Shown here: piece after piece, positions 22,723 through 31,315 of the stretch
Position numbering within the stretch: the first letter of the stretch is position 1
Layout: every line of letters starts with the position of its first letter
Source of the DNA: Ilumatobacteraceae bacterium
GTDB lineage: Bacteria; Actinomycetota; Acidimicrobiia; Acidimicrobiales; Ilumatobacteraceae
Assembly: GCA_046076025.1 (NCBI GenBank)
Contig: JBJTRF010000104.1
Span: forward strand, 1-47,936
DNA: 47,936 bases
Reading direction: 5' to 3'
Position numbers and translations under genes: made by a program
Notes under the pieces: generated by a model
Told to the model about the DNA's origin: nothing
Databases searched by the model: none
What the model saw: the letters and a program-made list of their open reading frames with translations, nothing else

Positions 22723-24489
22723 ATGCGCGTCATCGCAACCGCCGGTCACGTCGACCACGGCAAGTCGTCGCTCGTCGAGGCACTCACCGGCACGAATCCC
22801 GACCGCTGGGATGAAGAGCGCCGGCGCGGCCTCACTATCGACCTCGGCTTCGCGCACACCACGGTGGCCACCGCCGACGGCACTGCGCACGGCATCAGCA
22901 TCGTCGACGTGCCCGGCCACGTCAGGTTCCTGCGCAACATGCTGGCCAGCGTCTGCGGCATCGATGCGTGCATGTTCGTGGTGGCCGCGACCGAGGGCTG
23001 GAAGCCGCAGAGCGAGGAGCACCTGCGCATCCTCGAGCTGCTCGGCGTCGGCCACGGCATCGTCGTTGTCACCAAGCGCGACCTCGTCGACGACGAGTGG
23101 CTCGAGCTGCAGCAGCTCGACATCCGCGACCGCCTGGCGGACACGTTCCTCGACGGGGCGCCGATGCTGCCCGTCAGCTGCCGGCGCAGCCGCATCGATG
23201 CCGGTGACGAGTCGGCAGCGGCAGCCGACGGCCTTCCTGCGCTGCGACTCGCCCTCGCCGAGCTGGCCGCATCATCGCCGGCCGCCGCCGACCGCGACCG
23301 GCCGCGTCTGTGGATCGACCGCGTCTTCGCCGCCAGGGGCAGCGGCACGGTGGTCACGGGCACGCTCACCGGCGGCCATGTCGCCGTCGACCAGCATCTC
23401 GCTGCCGGCAGCCACGCCGTGCGCATCCGCGGCATCCAGTCGCACGGCATCGCCGTCGACCGCATCGGCCCCGGCAACCGGGTGGCGCTCAACCTCGCCG
23501 GCGTCGACCACTCGCAGCTGCACCGAGGCGATGCGGTAGTCGAGCCCGCGCAGTGGCGGCCCACGGTCCGGTTCGATGCCTCGCTGCAGGTGCTCGGCTC
23601 GCTCGACCACGTCGTCAGCCGGCGCGGCTCGTATCTCGCCTACATCGGCTCGGGCGAGTTCCCGGCACGGCTGCGCGTGCTCGGCGCTGAGTCGATCCGG
23701 CCCGGCGGCAGCGGCCTCGTGCGGCTGCATCTCGCCGCCGACCGGCCGGTGCCGCTCATTCCCGGCGACCGGTTCGTGCTGCGCGAGTCCGGTCGCGACG
23801 AGACCATCGGCGGCGGCGAGGTGCTCGACGTGCAGCCGGTGCGCCCCGCATCGAAGGCGGCCCCCGATCGCTCGGTCGACCGCGTCGTCGACGAACGCGG
23901 CTGGATCGATGCCGACGAACTGGCGGCCCTCACCGGCGAGCGACGTCCGCCCACCATCGGACACTGGGTCGCCGCGCCGCATGCGCTGGATCAGGCTCGA
24001 CTCGAGGTGCTGGCAGCGGTCGACGCAGCCGACGCGCTCGGCCTCGACACGGCATCGCTCGACGAGCAGCAGCGTGCCGTGCTCGCCACCCTGTCCGGCG
24101 TCGTGGTCGAGGCCGGGCGTGCCCGCCGCGAGGCAGTGGCCGACCCGTTCGCCGCACATCCGTTCGTGGCGGCGGCGCGAGCGGGCGGCTGCGCACCCCC
24201 CGATCCGGCAGGCGTCGCTGCCACCGAACTGCGCGAGCTGATCCGCCGGCGGATGCTCATCGAGCGTGACGGCATCGTGTTCCACCCCGACGCGATCGAC
24301 GCAGCAGCGGTGGCAGCCGCACGGCTGCTTGCTGCCACACCCGACGGCTTCACCGTCAGCCAGTTCCGCGAGGCACTCGGCATCACGCGCAAGCACGCCG
24401 TGCCGCTGGCCGCCGAACTCGACAGCCGGGGCATCACGAGGCGACGCGGCGACTCGCGCATCGCCGGGCCGCGCCTGCCCGCCCTGTAG
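22723..24489 (+). CDS. selB: Selenocysteine-specific translation elongation factor
   Basis: G1 'AGHVDHGKSSL', G3 'DVPGH', G4 'TKRD'. The length of 588 aa includes a C-terminal winged-helix extension. Starts 3 nt after the selA stop. Confidence 0.9.
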   Translation: MRVIATAGHVDHGKSSLVEALTGTNPDRWDEERRRGLTIDLGFAHTTVATADGTAHGISIVDVPGHVRFLRNMLASVCGIDACMFVVAATEGWKPQSEEHLRILELLGVGHGIVVVTKRDLVDDEWLELQQLDIRDRLADTFLDGAPMLPVSCRRSRIDAGDESAAAADGLPALRLALAELAASSPAAADRDRPRLWIDRVFAARGSGTVVTGTLTGGHVAVDQHLAAGSHAVRIRGIQSHGIAVDRIGPGNRVALNLAGVDHSQLHRGDAVVEPAQWRPTVRFDASLQVLGSLDHVVSRRGSYLAYIGSGEFPARLRVLGAESIRPGGSGLVRLHLAADRPVPLIPGDRFVLRESGRDETIGGGEVLDVQPVRPASKAAPDRSVDRVVDERGWIDADELAALTGERRPPTIGHWVAAPHALDQARLEVLAAVDAADALGLDTASLDEQQRAVLATLSGVVVEAGRARREAVADPFAAHPFVAAARAGGCAPPDPAGVAATELRELIRRRMLIERDGIVFHPDAIDAAAVAAARLLAATPDGFTVSQFREALGITRKHAVPLAAELDSRGITRRRGDSRIAGPRLPAL

Positions 24490-24493
24490 CGCG

Positions 24494-25405
24494 CTACGAG
24501 GCCGTCGCAGCTGGCGGCACGCCACCGCGTCCGGCAAGCGAGCGCACGCGGCGCAGGCCCCGACGCCTGGCGGGCGCCACCTCGCGCAGCTCGAGGTCGC
24601 GTGCCGCACGTGCCACGCGGAGATCGTTGGTGATCACCTCGCCGAAGTGCGCAGGATCGGCGAGCAGCCAGCTGTGCGAGCCCTCCACCTCGGTGCCCGA
24701 CACGCCGCTGGCCACGCAAAGCGCCTCGAACGACTCGCGTGGGATCACGCCGTCGCGACGCCCCCACAGGATGGTGATCGGCAGGCCGCTGTCGCGCAGC
24801 AACTCGAGCTCGCGTCGCAGGTCGGCCCGACGGGCCAGCTGGGCCACCTTCACGATGGCCTTCGGGTTGCGCAGCAGGTTGGGCAGCACGTCCTCGGCCA
24901 CCACCGGCAGCACGCGGGTTGCTTGGCGCAGCGGCCATACGTCGGCTGGGAAGTGCAGGCCCCAGTCCCAGAGCGGCCGCTCGGCGATGCTGCGCAGCGT
25001 GTCGCCCTTGCGCCATGCCGAGCCGCCGATCGAGTTGACGAGCACGAGGCTGCGCACCCGCTGGCGATGGTCGTGCGCGAATCGCACGGCAACGCCCCCG
25101 CCGAACGAATGGCCCACCACCACTACCGGCTCGTGGATGTCGAGGCCCTCGAGCAGCTCGTGCAGCCAGTCGGCGTAGCCGCGCAGCGAGAACCGCGACT
25201 CGGGAAGGCCGGGCGTGCCGCCGAAACCCGGGAGCGACGGGGCGATCACCCGGCAGTCCTGGGCGGCGATGGCATCGATCACCGACCGGTACGTGTGCTG
25301 GCCGAGCGCCCATCCGTGCAGCAGCAGCACCGGCATGCCCTCGCCAGCCGTCGCATAGCCCGCAGGTCGGCCCTGCACGAATGTCCGGCGGTCGGTGACG
25401 ATCAT
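24494..25405 (-). CDS. Alpha/beta hydrolase
   Basis: 'LLLHGWA' and nucleophile elbow 'GHSFGG'. Confidence 0.8.
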   Translation of the reverse strand: MIVTDRRTFVQGRPAGYATAGEGMPVLLLHGWALGQHTYRSVIDAIAAQDCRVIAPSLPGFGGTPGLPESRFSLRGYADWLHELLEGLDIHEPVVVVGHSFGGGVAVRFAHDHRQRVRSLVLVNSIGGSAWRKGDTLRSIAERPLWDWGLHFPADVWPLRQATRVLPVVAEDVLPNLLRNPKAIVKVAQLARRADLRRELELLRDSGLPITILWGRRDGVIPRESFEALCVASGVSGTEVEGSHSWLLADPAHFGEVITNDLRVARAARDLELREVAPARRRGLRRVRSLAGRGGVPPAATAS

Positions 25406-25467
25406 CGATCAGTGAGTGTTGTACACATCGGCGCCCGCCGGCAGGCACTTCGGCCTGTACCGGCCGG

Positions 25468-26880
25468 TCATGCGCCCGTGTCGGCCTGACCGGCCGCAGC
25501 GGTGTCGCCGCTTCGGCGGCGCTCGCGGTAGTCGCGTGCGGCGCCCTCGAGCGGCTCGACGTCGAGGGTGACCCCGTCGATCGACGCCACTCGCAGCGGC
25601 GACCCGGCGGTGATGGGCGTGGCCCGGTTGGTGCGTGCCCGCCAGCGGGCGCCGTTCACCTCGGCGACGCCCTCGGGATCGATGGCGCCAACCGCCACGC
25701 CGTCGGCACCGACCATCCACTCGCGCCCGATGGTGGGCGTGGCGAATCGCGTGCGCGTCATCGACGGCATGCCGACGAAGAAGGTGAGCATCACGCCGAC
25801 GATGCCGGTGGCGAGCGGGATCCAGCCGATGCGCAGCGATGCACCCGGCAGCGACCCGAACAGGAAGAACGACGCCGGCACGAACAGCACCAGCCCGACG
25901 CCGGTCCACAGCCTCGGCACGCCCACCTGCACGTCGATCGAGAAGGCGACGAGTGCCAGCACCAGGGCAACGACGGCACCCGGGCGCGACGGCAGCTCGG
26001 CGAGGCCGTACGTGCCCAGCACCAGCAGCACTGCGCCGACGAACCCGGCAATGCCGACACCGGCGGTGAAGAACTCGAAGATCAGCAGACAGGCGCCGAT
26101 GACGAAGAAGAGGTAGGCGATCGGCGGGCTGGCAACGGTGTGGAACACCTCGTCGACGATGCCGAGGCCGCTGAAGCGCACCAGCGTGCTGACATTCTGC
26201 GAGGCACCAGTGTCGTCGAGCTCCTGGGTGACGGTGTCGAGCACCGTGCCGTCGTCGAGCGACACGCCGTCGAGTGCCAGCACCATGCTGCGCACCGTGG
26301 GCACGCCCTCGTCGGATGTGTCGAGCCGCAGCACGCCCAGCGTGCGCGCTTCGGCGAACGACACCGACGAGTCGGCCAGCGCAGCGGCCTGCGGGCCGAG
26401 GTCGACCTCGGGCAGCAGCGGCTCGCCGGTGAAGCCCACACGGCTGCCCGCCACCATCGCCGTCACGTCGGCCACGCCGAACAGCTGCGCCGGCGCGCCG
26501 TAGGCGCGGGCCGACCTCGACGGGCCCACCCAGATGCCGATCGCCACCTCGGCGTCGCGCACGGCAGCGAGCAGGCCCGCCATCGCCTCGTCGCCCACCA
26601 CGGCACCCGGCGTGTTGAGCTGCAGCACCAGCGCCTGCGAGCCGCCCGCCTCAGCGCGGTCGATTGCATCGTTGATTGCGTCGACCATCACCTCGTCGAA
26701 CAGGCCCGAGGCCTGGAAGACGTCGACAGGGGCCAGCGACGGCGAGGCCGTCGACGCCGTGGCATCGATGGGCGCAGCATGGGCGACGGCTCCCGAACCG
26801 AGCGCCGCCGGCGACAGCAGCGATGCGCCGATGGTGCCCACGAGGGGCGCCGCAAGAAGGGCGATCGCTAGTCTGCGCAC
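25468..26880 (-). CDS. NfeD-family membrane-bound serine protease (long form)
   Basis: Signal peptide, a ClpP/SppA-like N-domain ('ALVLQLNTPGA'), a central multi-TM block and a C-terminal OB/NfeD domain ('GREWMVGADGVAV...ARWRAR'). GGAGG lies 5 nt before the GTG at 26880. Confidence 0.8.
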   Translation of the reverse strand: MRRLAIALLAAPLVGTIGASLLSPAALGSGAVAHAAPIDATASTASPSLAPVDVFQASGLFDEVMVDAINDAIDRAEAGGSQALVLQLNTPGAVVGDEAMAGLLAAVRDAEVAIGIWVGPSRSARAYGAPAQLFGVADVTAMVAGSRVGFTGEPLLPEVDLGPQAAALADSSVSFAEARTLGVLRLDTSDEGVPTVRSMVLALDGVSLDDGTVLDTVTQELDDTGASQNVSTLVRFSGLGIVDEVFHTVASPPIAYLFFVIGACLLIFEFFTAGVGIAGFVGAVLLVLGTYGLAELPSRPGAVVALVLALVAFSIDVQVGVPRLWTGVGLVLFVPASFFLFGSLPGASLRIGWIPLATGIVGVMLTFFVGMPSMTRTRFATPTIGREWMVGADGVAVGAIDPEGVAEVNGARWRARTNRATPITAGSPLRVASIDGVTLDVEPLEGAARDYRERRRSGDTAAAGQADTGA

Positions 26881-26882
26881 AC

Positions 26883-27740
26883 GTGCCTCCGGGAGATCCG
26901 CTGAACTTCGTCACTGCCGCCCGCGTGACCATCGTGGCCGGGAAGGGCGGCGTCGGGAAGACCACGGTAACCGCTGCACTGGCCCGAGCGGCAGCCGACC
27001 GGGGGCTGCGCACGCTGGTGGTCGAGCTCGACGGCAAGCCCGTGCTCGACCGGCTGCTGCCCGGCATCGAGGTGCTGCACCTCGACGCCGCACAGGCGCT
27101 TGCCGACTATCTCGACGAGCGCGGACTCGGCCTTGTCACCCGCCGCCTGCGCGCGAGCGGCGTCATCGATGTCGTCGCCTCTGCCAGTCCGGGCATCGAC
27201 GACCTCGTGGTGCTCGGCAAGGTGAAGCAGCTCGAGCGCAGCGGGCGCTACGACGTCATCGTCGTGGACGGCCCGGCGGCTGGCAATGCCATCACGTTTC
27301 TCACCTCGCCCACCGGCCTGCGCGCCGCTGCGCGCAGCGGCCCCATCGCGTCGCAGGCCGACGACGTGCTGGCCATGCTGGGCGATCCGGCGCGGGCACA
27401 GGTGGTGCTCGTCACCCTCCCCGAGGCCACCCCGGTGAACGAGCTGGTCGAGACTGCCTACGCCCTCGAAGACCGCGTCGGGGTGAACCTCGGCCCAGTG
27501 GTGGTGAACGCGATCGACGACGGTCCGCTGCTGGATGCCGGTGCCGCGCCGGAGGGCTCGTCGCTGCGCGCGGCGGCCGAGTTCCGAACGGCGCGCCGCC
27601 GGCTGCACGCCGCCGAGTGCGAACGGCTGGCCGAGGCCCTCGCCCTTCCCCAGGTGCACCTGCCGCTCGTGTCCGGCGCCCATCTCGACGACGACGGCAT
27701 CCGGCACCTCGTCGCCACTGCATCGGCGGCACGCCCGTGA
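26883..27740 (+). CDS. ArsA/Get3-like P-loop ATPase, subunit 1
   Basis: Deviant Walker A 'AGKGGVGKTT' and 'VIVVDGPAAGNA'. The start is uncertain, either the GTG at 26883 or the GTG at 26925. Confidence 0.8.
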   Translation: MPPGDPLNFVTAARVTIVAGKGGVGKTTVTAALARAAADRGLRTLVVELDGKPVLDRLLPGIEVLHLDAAQALADYLDERGLGLVTRRLRASGVIDVVASASPGIDDLVVLGKVKQLERSGRYDVIVVDGPAAGNAITFLTSPTGLRAAARSGPIASQADDVLAMLGDPARAQVVLVTLPEATPVNELVETAYALEDRVGVNLGPVVVNAIDDGPLLDAGAAPEGSSLRAAAEFRTARRRLHAAECERLAEALALPQVHLPLVSGAHLDDDGIRHLVATASAARP

Positions 27741-28870
27741 GCGCGCCCGGGCACACGCCGACTGCCGCGCTCGGCATCGACTCGCTGCTCGGCGATGCAC
27801 GCGTCATCGTGTGCTGCGGCTCGGGCGGCGTTGGCAAGACCACCACGGCAGCTGCACTCGGCCTCGAGGCGGCGCGCCGCGGCATGCGCGTCGTCGTGAT
27901 CACCATCGATCCGGCAAAGCGCCTCGCCGACGCGCTCGGCGTGCCCGGCGGCCTGGGCAACGAGCCCACCCGCCTGTCGATCAGCACCGACGACCATGCG
28001 GCCGGCGGCGAACTGTGGGCGATGATGCTCGACACGGCCTCCACGTTCGACGGCCTCGTTCGCAGCCAGGCCGCCACCCCCGACCAGGCCGAGCGCATCC
28101 TCGCCAACGGCTTCTACCGCAACATCGCCAGCTCGCTCTCGGGCACCCAGGAGTACATGGCAGCCGAACGGCTGCATGCGCTGCACCACGACGACCGCTT
28201 CGACCTCGTCATCGTCGACACGCCGCCGTCGAGGAACGCACTCGACTTCCTCGATGCTCCCGGCACGCTGTCGAGATTCCTCGAGCATCCCGTCTTCACG
28301 CTGATGATGCTGCCCGCCCGTCGCGGGCTGAGGGTGCTCAACATCGCCTCGCAGCCGCTGCTGAAGAGCATCGGCAAGGTGGTGGGCGGCGATGTCCTCG
28401 CCGACGCCATCGCCTTCTTCCAGGCATTCGCCGGCATGGAGACCGGCTTCCGCCAGCGAGCCGACGACGTGCAGGCATTGCTGCGCAGTACCAGCACGAA
28501 GTTTGTCCTCGTTGCCTCGCCACGCGACGACACCATCGACGAGGCTCGCTTCTTCGCAGCGCGACTGGCGGCGTCGGCGCTGCCGGTGACGGCAGTCATC
28601 GTCAACCGCTGCACCCCGCTGTTCGACGCGCCGCCGGCAGCACGCCCCGCCGACCCGGTGCTGGCGACGCTGCACGACAACCTTGTCGAGCTGCACGAGA
28701 CAGCCCGACGCGAGCGCGACCAGGCCGCCGACCTGCTGGCTGACGTGGCGGCCCGGGCCACGGCGGGCACCGTGTTCGTGCCCACCCTTGCCGGCGACGT
28801 ACACGACCTCGGCGGCCTCGAGGCGGTACGCCGGGCACTGTGCGCCGATGGCGACCGCGGCACTGCCTGA
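27737..28870 (+). CDS. ArsA/Get3-like P-loop ATPase, subunit 2
   Basis: The GTG at 27737 overlaps the previous stop (GTGA). Motifs 'CCGSGGVGKTTTAAAL', 'ITIDPAKRLADALG' and 'IVDTPPSRNALDFL'. Confidence 0.85.
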   Translation: MSAPGHTPTAALGIDSLLGDARVIVCCGSGGVGKTTTAAALGLEAARRGMRVVVITIDPAKRLADALGVPGGLGNEPTRLSISTDDHAAGGELWAMMLDTASTFDGLVRSQAATPDQAERILANGFYRNIASSLSGTQEYMAAERLHALHHDDRFDLVIVDTPPSRNALDFLDAPGTLSRFLEHPVFTLMMLPARRGLRVLNIASQPLLKSIGKVVGGDVLADAIAFFQAFAGMETGFRQRADDVQALLRSTSTKFVLVASPRDDTIDEARFFAARLAASALPVTAVIVNRCTPLFDAPPAARPADPVLATLHDNLVELHETARRERDQAADLLADVAARATAGTVFVPTLAGDVHDLGGLEAVRRALCADGDRGTA

Positions 28871-28933
28871 GCACGCCGCGTCACCGCCGGGGTGCCTTCT
28901 CGGTCGCGCGTCCCAGCCGGTAGGGTGCGCAGC

Positions 28934-29374
28934 GTGCTGATACTCGTCGCCACCGATGCCGACTACGTCGTCAACGAGGTCACCGCTGCGCTCGGCGGCC
29001 CCGATGTCACCTTCCTGGTGTGCCGTGAGGGCCGCGACATCGCCGGCGTCGTCGCCGAGCGACCGGTCGACCTCGCCGTGCTCGACCTGCAGATCGGGTC
29101 GATGGGCGGCATGGCCGCCACGATGTCGCTTCGCCTCGACGAGAGCGCCGGACGACTCCCCCACGTGAAGGTGATCATGCTGCTCGACCGGCCAGCCGAC
29201 GTGCACCTCGCCAAGCGGTCGGCGGCCGAGGCATGGGTGGTGAAGCCCATCGAGGCCCTCACCCTGAAGCGCACCGCCCGGGCCGTGCTCGACGGCGCAT
29301 CGATGGCCGCGCCCGTCGCCCCGCCAGCCACCGAGATGGCGGCGGCCGGAGCGGAACCGCCCGCTGCGGGCTAG
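28934..29374 (+). CDS. Stand-alone response-regulator receiver domain protein
   Basis: Receiver landmarks are present: 'VATDAD', phospho-acceptor context 'LAVLDLQIG' and 'VVKP'. There is no output domain. The GTG at 28934 is 7 nt after TAGGGT (28921-28926). Confidence 0.7.
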   Translation: MLILVATDADYVVNEVTAALGGPDVTFLVCREGRDIAGVVAERPVDLAVLDLQIGSMGGMAATMSLRLDESAGRLPHVKVIMLLDRPADVHLAKRSAAEAWVVKPIEALTLKRTARAVLDGASMAAPVAPPATEMAAAGAEPPAAG

Positions 29375-29389
29375 CATTTGCACCCGCTA

Positions 29390-29467
29390 CGGGGTGTAGC
29401 GCAGCTTGGTTAGCGCGCCACGTTCGGGACGTGGAGGCCGGAAGTTCGAATCTTCTCACCCCGACCA
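29390..29467 (+). tRNA. tRNA-Pro (anticodon CGG), CCA encoded
   Basis: Hand-folded cloverleaf: acceptor CGGGGTG/CACCCCG, D-arm GCGC..GCGC, anticodon stem CCACG/CGTGG with loop TTCGGGA, T-arm GGAAG-TTCGAAT-CTTCT, then A-CCA. Confidence 0.93.
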
Positions 29468-29642
29468 CGACGCTCTCGCTACTGCGTCGCGACCGGCGAC
29501 GATGGCCAACGGGCCTCCGCTTGCGGTGCGCCGCTACGGCATGGTCTCGGGCCTCGTCGGCGTCTGCTAGACCTCGGGGTCTCAGGTCCATCCGATGGGG
29601 GTCGGACGATCCTGAGTCACACGTACTGGACTAGGGGGATTC

Positions 29643-31238
29643 GTGGATCATTCCGTTGACGACGACCGTGAACATCTGCACTCACTCGGCTACGCACAAG
29701 AGCTGAAGCGAGGGATGGGGACCTTCAGCAACTTCGCCATCAGCTTCTCCATCATCTCAATCCTCGCCGGTGGCTTCACCAGCTACTGGATCGGCGTCAC
29801 GTTCGGTGGGCCACTCGTGGTCACCATTGGCTGGCTCATCGTCGGCTTGATGGCACTCCTCGTTGGTATGTCGATAGGCGAGATCTGCTCGGCCTATCCC
29901 ACCGCTGGCGGCCTCTACTTCTGGTCGGCCAAGCTGGCCCGCAAGAACGCCGCGCTGTGGAGTTGGTTCACCGGCTGGTTCAACTTCATCGGACAGATCG
30001 GCGTCATAGCCAGCGTCGACTATGCCCTCGCCAACTACGTGGTCGCGTTCCTGAACCTGTACTCAAAGGATGCCGAGTCGCCTGTCATCACGCCGACGGC
30101 GACCAATCTCTTCATCGTCTTCCTTCTGGTCCTCCTCGCTCACGGTCTGCTCAACACCTTCGGAGTCAGGTTCGTGAAACTGCTCGGCGACGTCAGCGTG
30201 TGGTGGCACGTCGTCGGCGTGCTCATCATCTTCGTTGTCCTGTTTGCAGGGCCGGATCAGCACCAGAGCCTCAGCTACATCTTCCAGTATCAGAACAACA
30301 GCGCCTGGTCGGGCGGCATCAGTACGTTGTACGTGTTCTTCCTTGGCTTCCTGCTCGCCCAGTACACGATCACCGGGTTCGATGCATCTGCTCACGTCTC
30401 AGAAGAGACAAGAGGGGCTCGAACGAGCGCTCCGAAGGCGATCGTCCGCTCGATCTGGATCTCGGCGATCGCCGCACTCGTGCTCAACGTGGCCTTCTTA
30501 CTCGCGACACCCGATGAATTCGCGAAGGTCGACGGAAGCCTGTACGGCATCACCTTCCCCGTCGTCATCTTCACCTCTGTGCTCGGAACCTTCGCCGCGA
30601 AGCTTCTGGTGCTGATCACCGTCGTCGGGCAGTTCTTCTGCGGCATGGCATCCGTCACGGCTAACAGCCGGATGATCTACGCCTTCAGCCGAGACGGCGG
30701 CCTGCCGGGCTCAAGGCTGTGGCACAAGATCAATCCCAAGACCCGCACGCCAACGAATGCCGTGTGGTTGGGCGTCGTGGTGTCGGGCATCACTGGAGCG
30801 CTGTCGCTGCTCCAGCACAACGGCGTGTCGACTGCCTTCTTCGCGCTTACCGGCATCTGCGTGGTCGGGCTCTACATCAGCTACGTCATCCCGGTCTTCC
30901 TTCGGCTGCGCAACCCCGACTTCGAGCAGGGACCGTGGAATCTGAAGGGCTACAGCAAGCCGATCGGATGGATTGCCGTCACGTGGGTCGTCTTCATCAG
31001 CGTGCTCTTCTTCGCACCGCTGTTCCCCCAATGGAAGTGGTGGGATCCCGACCAGGTCAACTCGGCGAACTTCGCCGGTCCGCTGATCTTCCTCGCATTC
31101 GTATTCGTGGGCGGCTGGTGGGCGCTGTCGGCCCGCAATTGGTTCGCAGGTCCCAAGGTGCAGGGCACCAAGGAGGAACTGCTGGCCATCGAGCGCGAAC
31201 TCGACGCCCTCGAGCACGGCGGAATTCCCCCGGCCTGA
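29643..31238 (+). CDS. Amino acid/polyamine/organocation (APC) family permease
   Basis: 12-13 TM segments. The N-terminal 'LKRGMGTFSNFAISFSIISILAGG' signature is typical of the APC family. GGGGGA lies 5 nt before the GTG at 29643. GC content is clearly lower than in the neighbouring genes. Confidence 0.85.
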   Translation: MDHSVDDDREHLHSLGYAQELKRGMGTFSNFAISFSIISILAGGFTSYWIGVTFGGPLVVTIGWLIVGLMALLVGMSIGEICSAYPTAGGLYFWSAKLARKNAALWSWFTGWFNFIGQIGVIASVDYALANYVVAFLNLYSKDAESPVITPTATNLFIVFLLVLLAHGLLNTFGVRFVKLLGDVSVWWHVVGVLIIFVVLFAGPDQHQSLSYIFQYQNNSAWSGGISTLYVFFLGFLLAQYTITGFDASAHVSEETRGARTSAPKAIVRSIWISAIAALVLNVAFLLATPDEFAKVDGSLYGITFPVVIFTSVLGTFAAKLLVLITVVGQFFCGMASVTANSRMIYAFSRDGGLPGSRLWHKINPKTRTPTNAVWLGVVVSGITGALSLLQHNGVSTAFFALTGICVVGLYISYVIPVFLRLRNPDFEQGPWNLKGYSKPIGWIAVTWVVFISVLFFAPLFPQWKWWDPDQVNSANFAGPLIFLAFVFVGGWWALSARNWFAGPKVQGTKEELLAIERELDALEHGGIPPA

Positions 31239-31277
31239 GCACCGAGGCGCTGCTGCGAAGACACCCGCACGCCTCAG

Positions 31278-31315
31278 CCGCTGCTCAGCACTCGCAAGGA
31301 AGTGCTGAGCAGCGG
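31278..31315. terminator. 14-bp perfect inverted repeat (CCGCTGCTCAGCAC-n10-GTGCTGAGCAGCGG) at the convergent junction of the permease and the mazG-like gene
   Basis: Read directly from the sequence. Most of the repeat lies inside the last 10 codons of the minus-strand mazG-like CDS. Confidence 0.4.

Noticed and set aside
20845-25467. Search for tRNA-Sec (selC) and a SECIS-bearing gene next to selA-selB.
   Set aside because: The intergenic spaces here are 3-62 nt. No UCA-anticodon cloverleaf could be folded, and no flanking CDS needs a TGA read-through.
29390-31284. Calling the tRNA-Pro-adjacent permease region an integrative mobile element.
   Set aside because: There is no integrase or recombinase. 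I found no direct repeat of the tRNA 3' end downstream, and the region holds only one cargo gene. I therefore report it only as a compositional anomaly.
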